The position numbers were made by a program, and so were the translations under genes. This document shows positions 1-12,200 of a DNA stretch of 64,000 nt, piece after piece (positions within the stretch are counted from its first letter, which is position 1; each line of letters opens with the position of its first letter). The stretch is from Chrysemys picta bellii (lineage: Eukaryota). The notes below the pieces were generated by a model. The model made no database searches. It had not been told where the DNA came from and worked only from the letters and a program-made list of their open reading frames with translations. The stretch covers positions 2,232,001 through 2,296,000 of the forward strand of contig NC_088810.1 in assembly GCF_011386835.1 (NCBI RefSeq). The letters are read 5' to 3'.

Positions 1-690
1 GATCTGTAATTAGTAACAAGCTCATTCTGGGGACAGAAAGCAGCAATCCGAATGAAGTATGAACTGCGTATTGGAGCATTACAGAGGTAAATGCCATGGT
101 TGGATTGTATAATTCCAACTATTTAGCATATACATAGAAGTTAGAATAAGGGAATGTTTAGAAGACACCGACCAGGGCATACAGGTCAATAGCGTAGACA
201 TCAACAACATAAGACACACTACGGAACCAATTCATATCACTTTGAGGAACTTCAGAACATGCTTACTTTTGGGAGCGATGGCAGCAAGAAATATGGAAAG
301 ACGATTAACGATGGGAAGACAAAAAATATGGTAATATGTAAAGGCCATAATGCACATGGAAGGCAACACCTGTATCTTGACAGTCAAATGGTGAAACAAA
401 TGAATAGTTTCCCCTATTTAAGGAGTCTAATAACATCCGACTGAAGAGGGGAGGAAGAAACCAGGAGAAGGACACAGCTTGCAAAAAATGCATCCAACAA
501 CTTCCCACGACTTCTGTGTCGTCAAAAGTTAAAACGACACATCTACACTAGATTGCTGCAGTGCTACAAGTGGTCAGTCCTGTTGTACCAAAGAGAATAA
601 CGTCTTTCTGTGGACACGTAGCTCGGTGATCGCAGATCAGCTCAATTCAAGGACACAGACAGTCCGGCAAGATGTCAGGCAAACCAGGAA
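1..690 (+). mobile_element. Degenerate RTE-clade LINE fragment (RT region to 3' part)
   Basis: GIQVNSVDINNIRH resembles the motif preceding YADD in RTE reverse transcriptases. Reverse-complement match to 8940-9445 plus 10613-10925. Confidence 0.7.
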
Positions 691-2398
691 GAGATAGAAG
701 GAGAGTCAGCTAGGTTGGAACCGTCAGCAGACGGGCTGGTCTACAAGGCAGAGGGGAAGTTTTATACCTCTGTCCCAATGGTGGAAGAGACCGTACCATG
801 CTGACAGGTGGCTGCATTAGCTTTATCCCTGCCTCCACGTGGTACCTAGCAGAGGGTGAGAAGATTCGTCCCCCTGATCCCACAGCTATCAACGGGTTTG
901 TTACCGTCCTCCAAAGCAAAACATACAAAGGGATAAGGTGCAAACCGTTCAAGGATTTATTGAATCAAGGTAAGTGTAGCGAGGCCGTGTGGTTCCCCGC
1001 CGCCCTGGAGAGGGACGAGTCTCCAGGAATCAGATAGACATCCAAGAATGAAACTTAAGGGATGGCAGAAAACTTGGTTCACGCCAGATGAAGAGAAATC
1101 TTGGGCTCCTTCCTTAGAGAAATTCTAGTTGTGCTCCAGCTTCCACCCACTTGACTCCCCTCCCCTCCCAGAGCCAAGGATAGGACCCAGGAGACCTGGC
1201 TCCTGGCCCCACTATTCTAACCACTAGGTCCCAGTCCCCTCCGGGAGCCAGGAGTAGAATCCAAGATGCCTCGTTTAATCCAACATTCCCCTAGCAGGCC
1301 AGGAATAGAAGCTACGTTACTTTGGGCATCTGGTTCATGGCAGGTCTCTGACCTTTTAAACTCCAACTTTCAATTGAAGCTTTTCTTGCAATTATGTTTT
1401 TCTAAAAAATATCGGGGCTTGTTGAAAAAATTCTCCACCTTTTTTCCCCCAACCAAACCAGAAACCAATTTTGGGGGGAGGGGGATGGAGGGACGTGGAA
1501 AAGAAAATAATTGGGGGAGGAAATGAGAAACGTGGACAACATTTTTGAGGAATATTTTGGTGAAACTTTTTGGGTTAAAAAACCGAAAGGCAAAGAAAAG
1601 GGATCTCCTTCTCAAAAACAACGCCTCGTTCCTCTAAAACAAATAACGAAAGCTGTTTTCCCCCCCTCCCTTCTTGCGACTTTAAGCCAACAGATGCAAT
1701 TCTTGGTCAGAGTTTCCAGGAATTTGCATAAACGAGCATTTGGCAAGTGCTCCGGCTTCTACATTCCTGGTTGGATCTTCCCGAAAATCCGTATGCCCGT
1801 AAAGGAGCCAGAGAAGAGCTAGCGAAGCAGAGTTGGCGTGATTTGGAGGGGGGATTCCTGAGATACAGCCTCTCCACCATTAAAAGTAGTGTGTGGCTTG
1901 GTGCCACTTCAGAGGAAGCCACATGTATATTGAGGAGTGTGTTTGACATGATAAGTGACTTAAGAATGGGGGTGGGGTGGTTTCCTGTCCTGCCGCCAAA
2001 GAGCTCAGAACGGAAGCATAGGACCAGAGGCAGTCTGCAAAAAGCCAGCTGAGAACAAAGAGACTGAGTTCTCTCTCTTGTTTTTGGTTCTTGCATGTAT
2101 TTTTCCTAGATTCTCAGAACGAAGTCATTTAAGACAGCAGCCTTCCAGCTGGAGTATTTGCGGTTTGTCTCTGACTGCTCCAGGTGGACGCCGCGAACAT
2201 ACCAGCCACGAAGGTCTCAGTGATGTGGTTACCCCAGAACGGTGGAAATAGATCTGAGGAGCCACCCACCCTATCAACTGGATGTGGCTTGTGCAATCTC
2301 TCTTCTTATCTCGTTTCAGCACAACTGTGATCAATCCCCCAGCCGAGGATTTGGCTGAATCACAGACCACAGCGCCAATCTACTGCTTCCCCATCACC

Positions 2399-5300
2399 AT
2401 GGAGGTTTCTCTTGTCGTCTGCATCCTCGCTGCTCTCCTGGCTACGGGTGAGTGGGGTCTGTTCCTACAGGGGCTGATTTCCTAACTTCTCCAACGGCCC
2501 AGAGCCGCCTGCCAGGTGAAACTGTTAACGCACGTAACCGAAAAGCAGCCACAGGATAACGGGGGCTGAGCTGGGGGCGTCAGAGTGACAACGTCCATGG
2601 AGGAGAGGGCTGGAAGTTACCAAGTCCCCGTGACAGCGAGTGAAACAATGGTGGAAATGGGAGGAAATATTTATTCTTTAAATCACTCGAACCGTGTTGT
2701 GACTGGGCACGTCTCAGAGCTGCGGAGGACAAGGACATTTTGAACAGGGACAAGGACATTCTTGTCTGTTGTCTGACAGGAAGCAGATCAAAACTTCCGT
2801 AAAAAGAGCTCAAAGTTATTTGAAGGGCATTTATATGTGATCCTCAGCTGGTGTCACGGGAGCGCAGCTGTACTGGAGTGGGTGGGGCCAGGGGCCAGCC
2901 AGTGTCAGGGGGGCCCAGCTGCACTGGAGTCGATGGCAGGTGTGACTTGGCCCTTGCTGCACCGCACCGGAGAGCCACACCAGGTCATACCCGCTGGGGA
3001 TCTCTCTGGGGTTTGTGAGGTGGGAAAAACCGCTGGGGAAATGAAATCTGCAGCAAAATCCAGGGAGACGCAGCCACAGAGCAGTGTGAAATGTCTGTAG
3101 CCAACCGGGACCATCGACAAAGCTGGGGCAGCGCATTGATGAGGGATGAGGGACACCAGGGCGCTGTACTCGGAGCTTCGTCACAGAGTAGGGTGACCAG
3201 ATAGCAAGGGTGAGAAATCAGGACAGGGGGTGGGGGGTAATTGGCACCTATATAAGATAAAGCCCCAAATATCAGGACTGTCCCTATAAAATTGGGACCT
3301 CTGGTCGCCCTACCACATTGCCCAGGGGAAGGTGAGGGAGGGACAAATCCAGGTGGCTCATGTTCTCTCTCCGTCCCCAGGGGCCTGTCTGCGGTGTGAG
3401 GTTTGCGATGGACCAGGAACCAGCTGCTCGGGCGACCTACAGACCTGCGATGTTGGGCAAGACACTTGTGGCATTGCTTGGACAGACTCCACATGGGGTA
3501 GGTGAGAGGGGCCCTAACCAACCTGGGTCAGAGAACAGGCTGGGGAGCTAGGACGCCTGGGTCCTATTCCAGTCCCAACTCTGGGAAGGGCGTGGGGTGG
3601 GTGGGTCTGAGCAGTGGTTAAGGAGCCAGGACACCTGGGTTCTATGTTAGACCCTGTGGGCTAGCTCCCCAACGGGGCCTTTCCCCTCTCCCCTTCTACA
3701 GTCGTGCCTGACCCCCTGGCTCCTGATGGGTCTCTCTCAGTCTCCCACATCCATGAGGCATGTCTATCCCACTGGGCTCTTGAGTGTATGGGGGGCACCC
3801 TTCCACCTCCTCCCGTGGCTGGGCTTTGTGCAGGGCCCAATCTGGTAGGGGCGCTCCGAGGGCATCCCCTGAATCAGGCTCCGCAGGGGAACACCTAGTC
3901 TGTGAATCCCCTTGCGGCTAAGGGGTGAGCGGGACACACGGCGTTGGGATTTCAGCGGCCCTGCATGTACCCTCGGTGGGAACTTTGACAACGAAAGGAC
4001 TTTATGGGCAGGAGATTCGGGGCCGGGGAGCTGGAGGATCTAAATGTTGGATGTAGGTGCTGGACTCGCTTATCTAGCCCTGTGGGACCTTGGGTAAGCT
4101 GCTTCCCCACCCTGAGCCTCAGTTTCCCCATGGGTAGAGGAAGGCTAATGGCACCTGGGTGTCGTTGTGAAGAGGGCGTCGATGGGATGGGAGTGGAAGG
4201 GGAATAAATCTCTGTCTTCTCCTCCTATGCAGTGGGAAGCAAGACTCAGACAGTTATCAAAAAGTGTGTGTCCTCCGACCTGTGTAAAGCCAGCCCCTTC
4301 TCTGCAAATTTTGGTGATGCAATGACAAGGACAAGCTTCAAATGCTGCATGGGAAATGCCTGCAGAACCACCAATATTACAGGTACTTCTCCCCATCTCT
4401 GCATCTCCTCCTCCATCCCACAGCACCTCCCGCTGCCTGGAACCCACCCCAAGTTAGCTTCCTGAGACTGGTCCTCCGACCCTGCAGGGGGCGCCCCATT
4501 GAATAACACTGAGCCTGTGTGCAGGTGGAGTTTAGTGGGCGGGGCTCTAGGCTGCCTCCAGGTGTGAACCCAGCTGGCCCCACCCGGGGCGGGGTCCAGG
4601 GCTCCCTGCGGCAAACCTCTCCTCTGCCCCTGCTGCCTCCAGCGACCCCGGAGCTACAGCTCCCCCTGCAGGGGGCACCCAGGGCTGAGCTGTGCAGCCC
4701 CCAGCTGCTCTCCCTGCCCCGACGCCGCCTGGGGCGCGTCCCCCGAGCTGACTGCGTTTGCTCCACTTCTTCCCAGTGCCCCCGGCTGACCCCAAACCCA
4801 ACGGCCGGCGCTGCCGTGGCTGCTACGCGATGAACGCTGATCATTGCAATGAGCAAACCATAAATTGTACTGGATCCGAGACCCAGTGTATTGATGCCAC
4901 CGCGACCATAACAATTGGTAACTTCTGTTCATTCATTCTGGGGTTATTTTTCCTTTGTTGTTTCTCGCCCACCCCCTGTAGGGTTGCAGTGAGTCACTCT
5001 TTGGCGTCACTAAGTGAAGGGTATTGGCTGCAGATCAGGACGCCTGGGTCCTATTCTCAGCACTGGGCTTAGGTGTGACCTTGGGCCAGTGTCTTCCCCT
5101 CCCTGTGCGTCTGGTTCTCCTCCCATCCGTTTCCTGTGTCGAGTTTAGTCTCTAAGCTACTCGTGATAGGGACTGGCTTAGTCTTGGCGGCCCCTGTTGT
5201 GCCAGGCGCTGCACAGACCTTAGATGGAGATTGGGGTCCCCTCTTGTACCTGATGCTAAAGGACTCCTGGTGAGATACAGTCCTTGCCCCCAAAAGCCTG

Positions 5301-5991
5301 CAATCTAAATAGGCAAAAGAAGGATCGTTCTCCCCATTTAAAAAATGGGGAAACTGGAACAGTTTGTGCCATGACTTGCCTAAATTCTCACAGGGAGGCT
5401 GTGGCAGTCCCATAATGGTGCCTTAAGTCACTACAAAGCCACCCTTCTTAGAGATCCCACCGCTGCCACCAGCACTGAGCTGCTGCTGCTAGATGAGCCG
5501 GCAAGGGCTATAACTGGCCTGACCCAATCCGGGTACTGACGGTGGTCTCTAGATCGGGGCTGTGAGTGATTTGTTCACGGACACACCGTGAGCCTGCGTC
5601 AGAGCGCAGGAGAAAGGGAATCCATGTAGGCCCAGACAGGCTGGGGGGGAGCAGAGCAGATGGGGAGATGTAGGCTGCGTGGCATCCTGGTGGGGCACTG
5701 GGGGTGGGGGGTGTTGTGTCTTAATCCAGCTTGAATAGCCTGACAAAAATTGCCTCCTCCCCCCTCCCCCCCACAGGTGGACATGAAAAGCAGACTGTCA
5801 TGAAGGGCTGCGCTTCCAAGTCCATCTGCATCATGGCACAAGTGGCTTCGCAGATGTTCACAGATATCAGTGTAGATCTAACTGAGGTCGAATGCACAGA
5901 GGCCTCCGGCGCGGCGGGCGTGGCTCCGGGACCAGCTGGACGCCTCCTCCCAGCCCTCTCTGGGCTTCTCCTGCTAAAGCTTCTCTCCTGA
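2399..5991 (+). CDS. Gene 1: two-LU-domain, GPI-anchored PLA2 inhibitor gamma / PINLYP-like protein. Coding exons 2399-2447, 3381-3497, 4233-4382, 4777-4917, 5777-5991
   Basis: Kozak caccATGG; all introns GT-AG and phase 1. Spliced ORF reads MEVSLVVCILAALLATG-ACLRCEVCDGPGTSC...CCMGNACRTTNIT-VPPADPKPNGRRCRGC...-GGHEKQTVMKGCASKSIC...LLPALSGLLLLKLLS*, with 10+8 Cys, a signal peptide and a hydrophobic C-terminus. AATAAA at 6116-6121. Confidence 0.93.
3189..3312. mobile_element. hAT (Blackjack-type) MITE in gene 1 intron 1
   Basis: TIRs TAGGGTGACCAG / CTGGTCGCCCTA. Degenerate 8-bp TSD (tcacagag / ccacattg). Absent at the matching site in the gene 3 and gene 5 introns. Confidence 0.75.
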
Positions 5992-6379
5992 TTCCCCACC
6001 TGGGGCAATGGCCACACCGCACTGAAATCCACGCTGCAACCTGCGTCAGCTGCTCTCCCCTACAGGGGTTCTCAGCTCTCAGATGGACTCACGTCCCCTT
6101 GATAGCGTTGCACTGAATAAAACAAACCTGAGACCAAACTCTTTGGATTTATGTCTCTGTTTATTTCAATGAGGAAAAATTTAATTCTCGTGAGTGGGGA
6201 TGTGAAAAGCCAGGTAAGACGAGAAGCGCGACCACACCGGGTCAGGTCAATGGTGCAGCTAGTCCAGTGTCCTATATCCAACAGGGGCACACCCAGAACT
6301 TCACGGGCAGTGCCCAGAACCTGGTGATATTGGGGAGACCCAGCCCTGTCTTCCCCTCCCGGCTTCTGGCAGTCAGACG

Positions 6380-6700
6380 TTTAGGGACACTCAGAGCATG
6401 GCGTTGTGTCCCTGCCCATCTTGGCTAATTGCCATTTATGGCCTTATTCCAGGAACTTATGTAATTCCCTTTTGAACCCACTTATCCTGTTGCCCATCCC
6501 CATATCCCCTGGCAATGAGTTCCACGGGTTAATCGTGCAATGTGCAGAAGGGTACCGCCCCTTGTATGTATTAAACCTGCCGCCTGTTTGTTTCTTTGGG
6601 TGACTCCTGGGTTTTGGTGCTGTGGGACAGGGGAAATAGCAGTTCTCTACTCACTTTTCTCCACCCCATAGCATGATTTTCTAGCCCTCTGTCGCATCCC
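6380..6700 (-). mobile_element. Old CR1-like fragment downstream of gene 1 (paralogous copy at about 19090-19390)
   Basis: CR1 3'-region-like sequence (ttccacgggttaat...gtgcagaag...aaacctgc) shared at equivalent positions after genes 1 and 2. Confidence 0.55.
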
Positions 6701-6702
6701 CC

Positions 6703-7312
6703 TGTCGTGAGGTGGTGTGGCCCCCCTCTGACCCAGAGGGGGGGAACCACGCTCTGTTCCCAGGTGGGTGGAGCCAGATCCGCCTTGCCCCTCCCACCGG
6801 CAGTGGGTCAGCAGAACAGGAAGTCTGGCTGTCGCGCTGCCGGAAGCACAGTTGGCGTCTTGCGGCTGGATTCCCAGCTGACTCAGTGGCGGCTTCTCCA
6901 CCACTGCTGGGGCCCTGGGTCGGGTCCTGGTGGAGTTGGGTGGGCCCGGGCCCCCCCTGCCTCCCCACCACGGGGTGGCAGCCTCCCCTCTCCATGTCAA
7001 GAGGCCTGGGTGTGTCGGCCACCCGCAGGAGCTAGGACGCCTGACTACGGTGTTTGCTCTGCCCCTGCTTAACGGGCCCAGGGACTATAGACAGTTGGCT
7101 GCTCTGCCCCCGGCCTGAGGACCAGAGCATAGGGACTCCTGGGAGGCCCTGCTCCTGCCTCGGGGCTGGAGTCTGCTCCCTGTTTGGGAGCCCAACCCCG
7201 TTAGACGGGTCGGGATGCTAACTCCTAGTTTGCTAATGGTCCTGCCGGTGTAGTGAGGCGGTGCGGCCTCCCTCCGACTCAGAGGGGGAGGGACGATCAC
7301 CACACGACTACA
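6703..7312. mobile_element. LTR-like or non-autonomous element with TG...CA ends
   Basis: Starts TGTCGTG, ends ACTACA, flanked by CCCCC on both sides. Absent at the homologous position after gene 2. A related element ends at 48482. Confidence 0.55.
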
Positions 7313-7489
7313 CCCCCCTGACCCGTCTCTTTGCCAAGCTGTACGGCCCTGATCTTTTTAGTCTTGCCTCATATGGGAGCTGATCCGTACCCTAAGATTA
7401 GGCTCAGGAAGACCCCAGTGGGGAAAGCAGGTACCACAGCCCGGGGGTTACACAGCCCAGGAGAACGTCAGTTCAACCTCCAACGGGGA

Positions 7490-7890
7490 CTGGGAGCCAG
7501 GACTCCTGGGGTCTCTCCCCGGCTCTGGGAGGGCAGAGGGGGCTCGTGGTTAGAGCAGGGGGGCTGGGAGCCAGGACTCCTGGGGTCTCTCCCCAGCTCT
7601 GGGAGGGCAGTGGGGGCTCGTGGTTAGAGCAGGGGGGCTGGGAGCCAGGACTCCTGGGTTCTCTCCCCAGCTCTGGGAGGGGAGTGGGGTGTATTGGGTT
7701 AGGGGAGAGGGGGTTGGGAGTCAGGACTCCTGGGTTCTCTCCCCAGCTCTGGGAGGGCAGTGGGGGCTCGTGGTTAGAGCAGGGGGGCTGGGAGCCAGGA
7801 CTCCTGGGGTCTCTCCCCAGCTCTGGGAGGGGAGTGGGGTGTATTGGGTTAGGGGAGAGGAGGTTGGGAGTCAGGACTCCTGGGTTCTGT
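7490..7890. repeat. SINE-derived tandem repeat (gggagccaggactcctgggttctctccccagctctgggagg; units about 74-87 bp)
   Basis: Directly visible tandem copies. The same motif family recurs at 12740-13270, 35930-36120, 44230-44760, 56340-56810 and 62380-62570. Confidence 0.8.
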
Positions 7891-8939
7891 ACAGAAAGAT
7901 CTGGGGGTCTGGTAGCTGTCACCCCTCCCCTCCCCGCAGCACGGTGCCCACAGCCCGGCTGCTGCATCCGACCACAGTGAGGCCCAGCCCAGGGTGCGAG
8001 CCAGCTCTCACTTCCATTTCCCCAACAGCACCGCAGGTGGCAGCGTTTTGAAAGTGAAGTGGAGTGGGTGGGGGGCTGCGGCTACACTTCAAAGGGGAAT
8101 CGGGGCTGTTGGGTTCTCTCCCTGGTGCGGGGAGGGGAGTGTGGGCCAATGGCTGTGACGGGGGACCCCGTGGAGCAGCACGGTGCCCACCGACCTCGCC
8201 CAGACGCCGCTCAGGAAGCCCTCACGTCTACTTCCCTGTCTGCACGATCCAGGGCTTTGGGCATCTGCTAACAACTGTTGACCCACGGCGGGAAAACGCC
8301 TATCCTGGGAACAGGGCTGGACAGACGCCAGCGGCTCCGAGAACACCAACGCCGGTGTCTCCAAATGAACCCTGCAGAGCAGCAAGATCAGGGGTTTTGC
8401 TGAGGCAGTTCCCATTTTCCCGCCCGAGTGGCTACTCAAAGTTCAGCCGCGGTTAATGTTGGACCGGATGGAATTGCAAAGCCCCCTGCTCCCGTACTGG
8501 AGAGGTGACTTTCCCTGGCTCCAATGGATGTTCTTGGATGTCTTTGGCCATGACCCGGCAGGTCAGCTCTCTGCCCCACTCTTAGCAGGGAACCCAGGGC
8601 AGAGCAGAGCGTGGCGGGGATGAGCTCCCAGCCCAATGAGGAATGAATCACAAGCTAAGCTGTACGGGGGTGTGAACCTGACCTAGAGTTTTTGGAGTAG
8701 GGCCAGAGGCATTTTTGGTGAGCGTTGTTAGAGGAAGCATTTTTTGGCGGGCGGGGGAGGTAGAACAGACACAGGGCCACTCGGAGGCAGGGATAAAGCC
8801 AACTCAGCAGCCTGCCAGCATGAGACGGTCTCTTCCACCGTTGGGACAGAGGTGTAAAACTTCCCCTCTGCTTTGGAGACCAGTTCATCTGGTGATGGTT
8901 CCGACCTAGCTGAATCTGCTTCCACCTCTTCCTGGTTTG

Positions 8940-11900
8940 CCTGCCGTCCTGCCGGATCGTGGGTGTCCTTGAATGGAGTTGCTCAGGGATCAGTGAGCGA
9001 CGTGTCCCCAGAAAGCTGTTATTCTCTTACCAAGAGTCTCAACTGATTGTGCTGGTGTAGAATTCATCCTCCTCATCACCCCATCGGTCGTAGTTTTGGT
9101 TATCCAGCTAATTTTTATCCTTCTTCTGTAATGCCGAAACTCAAACTCTGGCGTCATCTCTTAGTGTTCTTTCTAAGGACGTCTGGACAGGAGAGCTGAC
9201 CACATGTAGCACTGCAGCGCAGATGTGGCCCTTTTAACTTTAGATGACACAGAAGTCGTGGGAAGTTGTTGGATGCAGTTTTTGCAAGCTGTGTCCTTCT
9301 CCTGGTTTCTTCCTCCCCTCTTCAGTCGGATGTTATTAGACTCCCTAAATAGGGGAAACTATTCATTTGTTTCACCACTTGAGCATCAAGATACAGTGTT
9401 GCCTTCCATGTGCATTTTACGTATTTCCATACTTTTTGTCTTCCTATCATAGAATCATAGAAAATTAGCGTTGGAAGAGACCTCCGGAGATCATCTAGTC
9501 CAACCCCCTCCTCAAAGCAGGACCAACCCCAATTAAATCATCCCAGCCAGGGCTTTGTCAAGCCTGACCTTAAAAACCTCTAAGGAAGGAGATTCCATCA
9601 CCTCCCTAGGTAACCCATTCCAGTGCTTCACCACCCTCCTAGTGAAATAGTGTTTCCTAATATCCAACCTAAACTTCCCCCACTGCAACTTGAGACCATT
9701 GCTCCTTGATCTGTCATCTGCTACCACTGAGAACAGTCTAGATCCAGCATCTTTGGAACCCCCCTTCAGGTAGTTGAAGGCTGCTATCAAATCCCCTCAT
9801 TCTTCTCTTCTGAAGACGAAACAAGCCCCAGCCCCAGCCCCCTAATCATTTTCGTTGCCCTCTGCTGGACTCTCTCCAATTTGTCCACATCCCTTCTGTA
9901 GTGGGGGGACCAAAACTGGACACAGTACTCCAGGTGTGGCCTCACCAGTGCCGAATAGAGGGGAGTAATCACTTCCCTCGATCTGCTGGCAATGCTCCTA
10001 CTAATGCAGCCCAATATGCCATTTGCCTTCTTGGCAACGAGGGCACACTGCTGACTCATATCCAGCTTCTCGTCCACTGTAATCCCCAGGTCCTTTTTTA
10101 CAGAACTGCCACTTAGCCAGTCGGTCCCCAGCCTGTAGCGGTGCATGGGATTCTTTCGTCCTAAGTGCAGAATGCTGCACTTGTCCTTGTTGAACCTCAT
10201 CAGATTTCTTTTGGCCCAATCCTCCAATTTGTCTAGGTCACTCTGGACCCTATCCCTACTCTCCAGCGTATCTACCTCTCCACCCAGCTTAGTGTCATCT
10301 GCGAACTTGCTGAGGGTGCAATCCATCCCATCATCCAGATCATTAATAAAGATGTTGAACAAAACTGGCCCCAGGACCAACCCCTGGGGCACTCTGCTTG
10401 ATACCGGCTGCCAACTAGACATGGAGCCATTGACCACTACCCGTTGAGCCCGACGATCTAGCCAGCTTTCTATCCACCTTATAGTCCATTCATCCAATCC
10501 ATACTTTTTTAATTTGCTGGCAAGAATACTGTGGGAGACCATATCAAAAGCTTTGCTAAAGTCAATTTATATCACGTCCCCGGCTTTCCCCATATCCACA
10601 GAGCCAGTTATCTCCTCGTAGATATCATCGTATCGTTAATCCTCATTCCATATTTCTTGCTGCCATTGCTCTCAAAAAGAAGCAGTGTGATGAATTGGTT
10701 CCTCGGCGTGTCTTACATTGTTGATGTCTGCGCTATTGACCTGCATGCCCTGGTCGGTGTCTTCTAAATGTTCCCTCATTCTAACTTCTACATATGTGAT
10801 AAATAGTTGCAATGATACAATGCAACCATGGGGTTCACCTCTTTGATGCTGCAGTACGCAGTTCACACTTCGTTCGGATTGCTGCTCTCTGTCCCCAGAA
10901 CAAGCCTGTTATTAATTACAGATCTTGGAAGTCAATCCTACATTCTTCAAGAATATGTATCATCTTGTCGTGTTGGAGCTTATGAAATCCCTTCCCATAC
11001 TCTACAAAGTATTTCTTTCCCACGCTACCATAAGATCCTCAGGGCAAAAATTGCCTCTCTCATAGCCACTCCTGGGCGATACCCTGCTGGCTTCTGCTAA
11101 TTCTTGTCTCAAGATGTGTCCATGTGCCAACAACTTTCCACAGATCTGTGAGTGTGTGGCTTCTTGGGTTTATAGTTGGATGTTCTTCACAGTCTCTAGC
11201 ATTATCAACCTTCGGTAAAGGAATACAGATTGACCTCTTGGAGTCCTCCAGAAGTTCTCCTGGTGTGCATATCTGATTGAGAAGTTCTGGCAGGTAAGTT
11301 TCTGAATTGTCTTTCAGGGATTGTAGCATTTCAACCACAATCCATTCCTCCCCAGTTATTTTACCTTGCTTTATACTTTTTAGCACTCTTTCTAGTTTCC
11401 CCATTGTAATAGCCAGTGTTTTTTCTTCTCCAGTTTCAATGTCTCTATCTTCCAGTTTTTCAGGATAATCAAACATTCCTTCGTGTATTCGACCCATCTT
11501 CCTAGGATGCTGTTGGCTTTGTGACTGACTCATTAGTTTTGATAGAGTTTATTCCTTTTCTTAACTTCTCTATTTGTCTCATGGTTCTTTTTGTGGTTCA
11601 ATGAATCTCTTTGTGGTTGTGTCTGATATTCTTTGATTTCAAGGTCTCTTTGTTTTAGCCATTTTTCATTTGCCTCTTCACATGCTTTTGGGATGTCTTT
11701 GTGTATCTTTCGATCTCCCACACTCCTCCTATCATTGCAATCTGTTCTTGCATTTATTGTTGGGTGGTTTAGGATAAATAATTGTTGTAAAACTTCTTTG
11801 CGTGTCATTTTTTATTGCATTCGACCTTTGATTAGAAACCTCGTGTTTAGCAGAAGGCACTGGAGAAGATGCAGTTTTAGGAACCATTTAAAAAGGTCAG

Positions 11901-12200
11901 GAAAAGAGAGGAGGTTTGGCAGACATGGTTTTTGAAGACAGTAGCTCAAATTCAAGAAAACAGATAGATACTGGTGGAAGTGTTTTTACCTTGTAATGGA
12001 AATTTTTTTTCACAATTTACAAATACTGAGCCTACAATGGGCTTAAACTGTCTTTGGCGAAGTGTTTGGTTGAGCATTTTGGTTGGTTGGCTTTTGCACG
12101 CTGTTCAATTTATTTCAGGAAACTTTGCAAGACAAGCGAATGCTATTGTGAAAGGATTGGGATCGTAAATCTTCTATACAGCATTTTGTAATTCTTATTC
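8940..12200 (-). mobile_element. Degenerate RTE-clade LINE interrupted by a CR1 insertion (RTE parts about 8940-9445 and 10613-12200)
   Basis: ORF 11060-11533 (KLERVLKSIKQGKITGEEWIVVEML...SICIPLPKVDNARDCEEHPTI) is RT N-terminal-like. The sequence is continuous across the CR1 when compared with 250-340. Outer boundary approximate. Confidence 0.75.
9446..10612 (-). mobile_element. 5'-truncated CR1 LINE (turtle PsCR1-like), relatively young
   Basis: RT ORF 9787-10542 ([20 protein letters not shown]...FADDTKLGG), C-terminal ORF 9533-9790 and 3' tail atcatagaatcatagaa at 9446. Confidence 0.95.

Noticed and set aside
1714-1729. Overlapping GAS (TTCCAGGAA) and octamer (ATTTGCAT) motifs upstream of gene 1
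   Set aside because: Short motifs in a non-conserved block. They could be chance without functional data.
4377-4856. Antisense and alternative-frame ORFs recurring over intron 3/exon 4 in each paralog (e.g. 23444-24097, 51303-51893)
   Set aside because: Recurrence reflects duplication of a GC-rich intron. Starts, lengths and frames are not conserved between copies.
7473-8051. 144-164 aa repetitive ORFs
   Set aside because: Translations of SINE-derived tandem repeats. The same motifs recur in many non-genic places.
9787-10542. 251-aa ORF as a host gene
   Set aside because: It is CR1 ORF2 reverse transcriptase, 5'-truncated and disrupted near 9790-9840.
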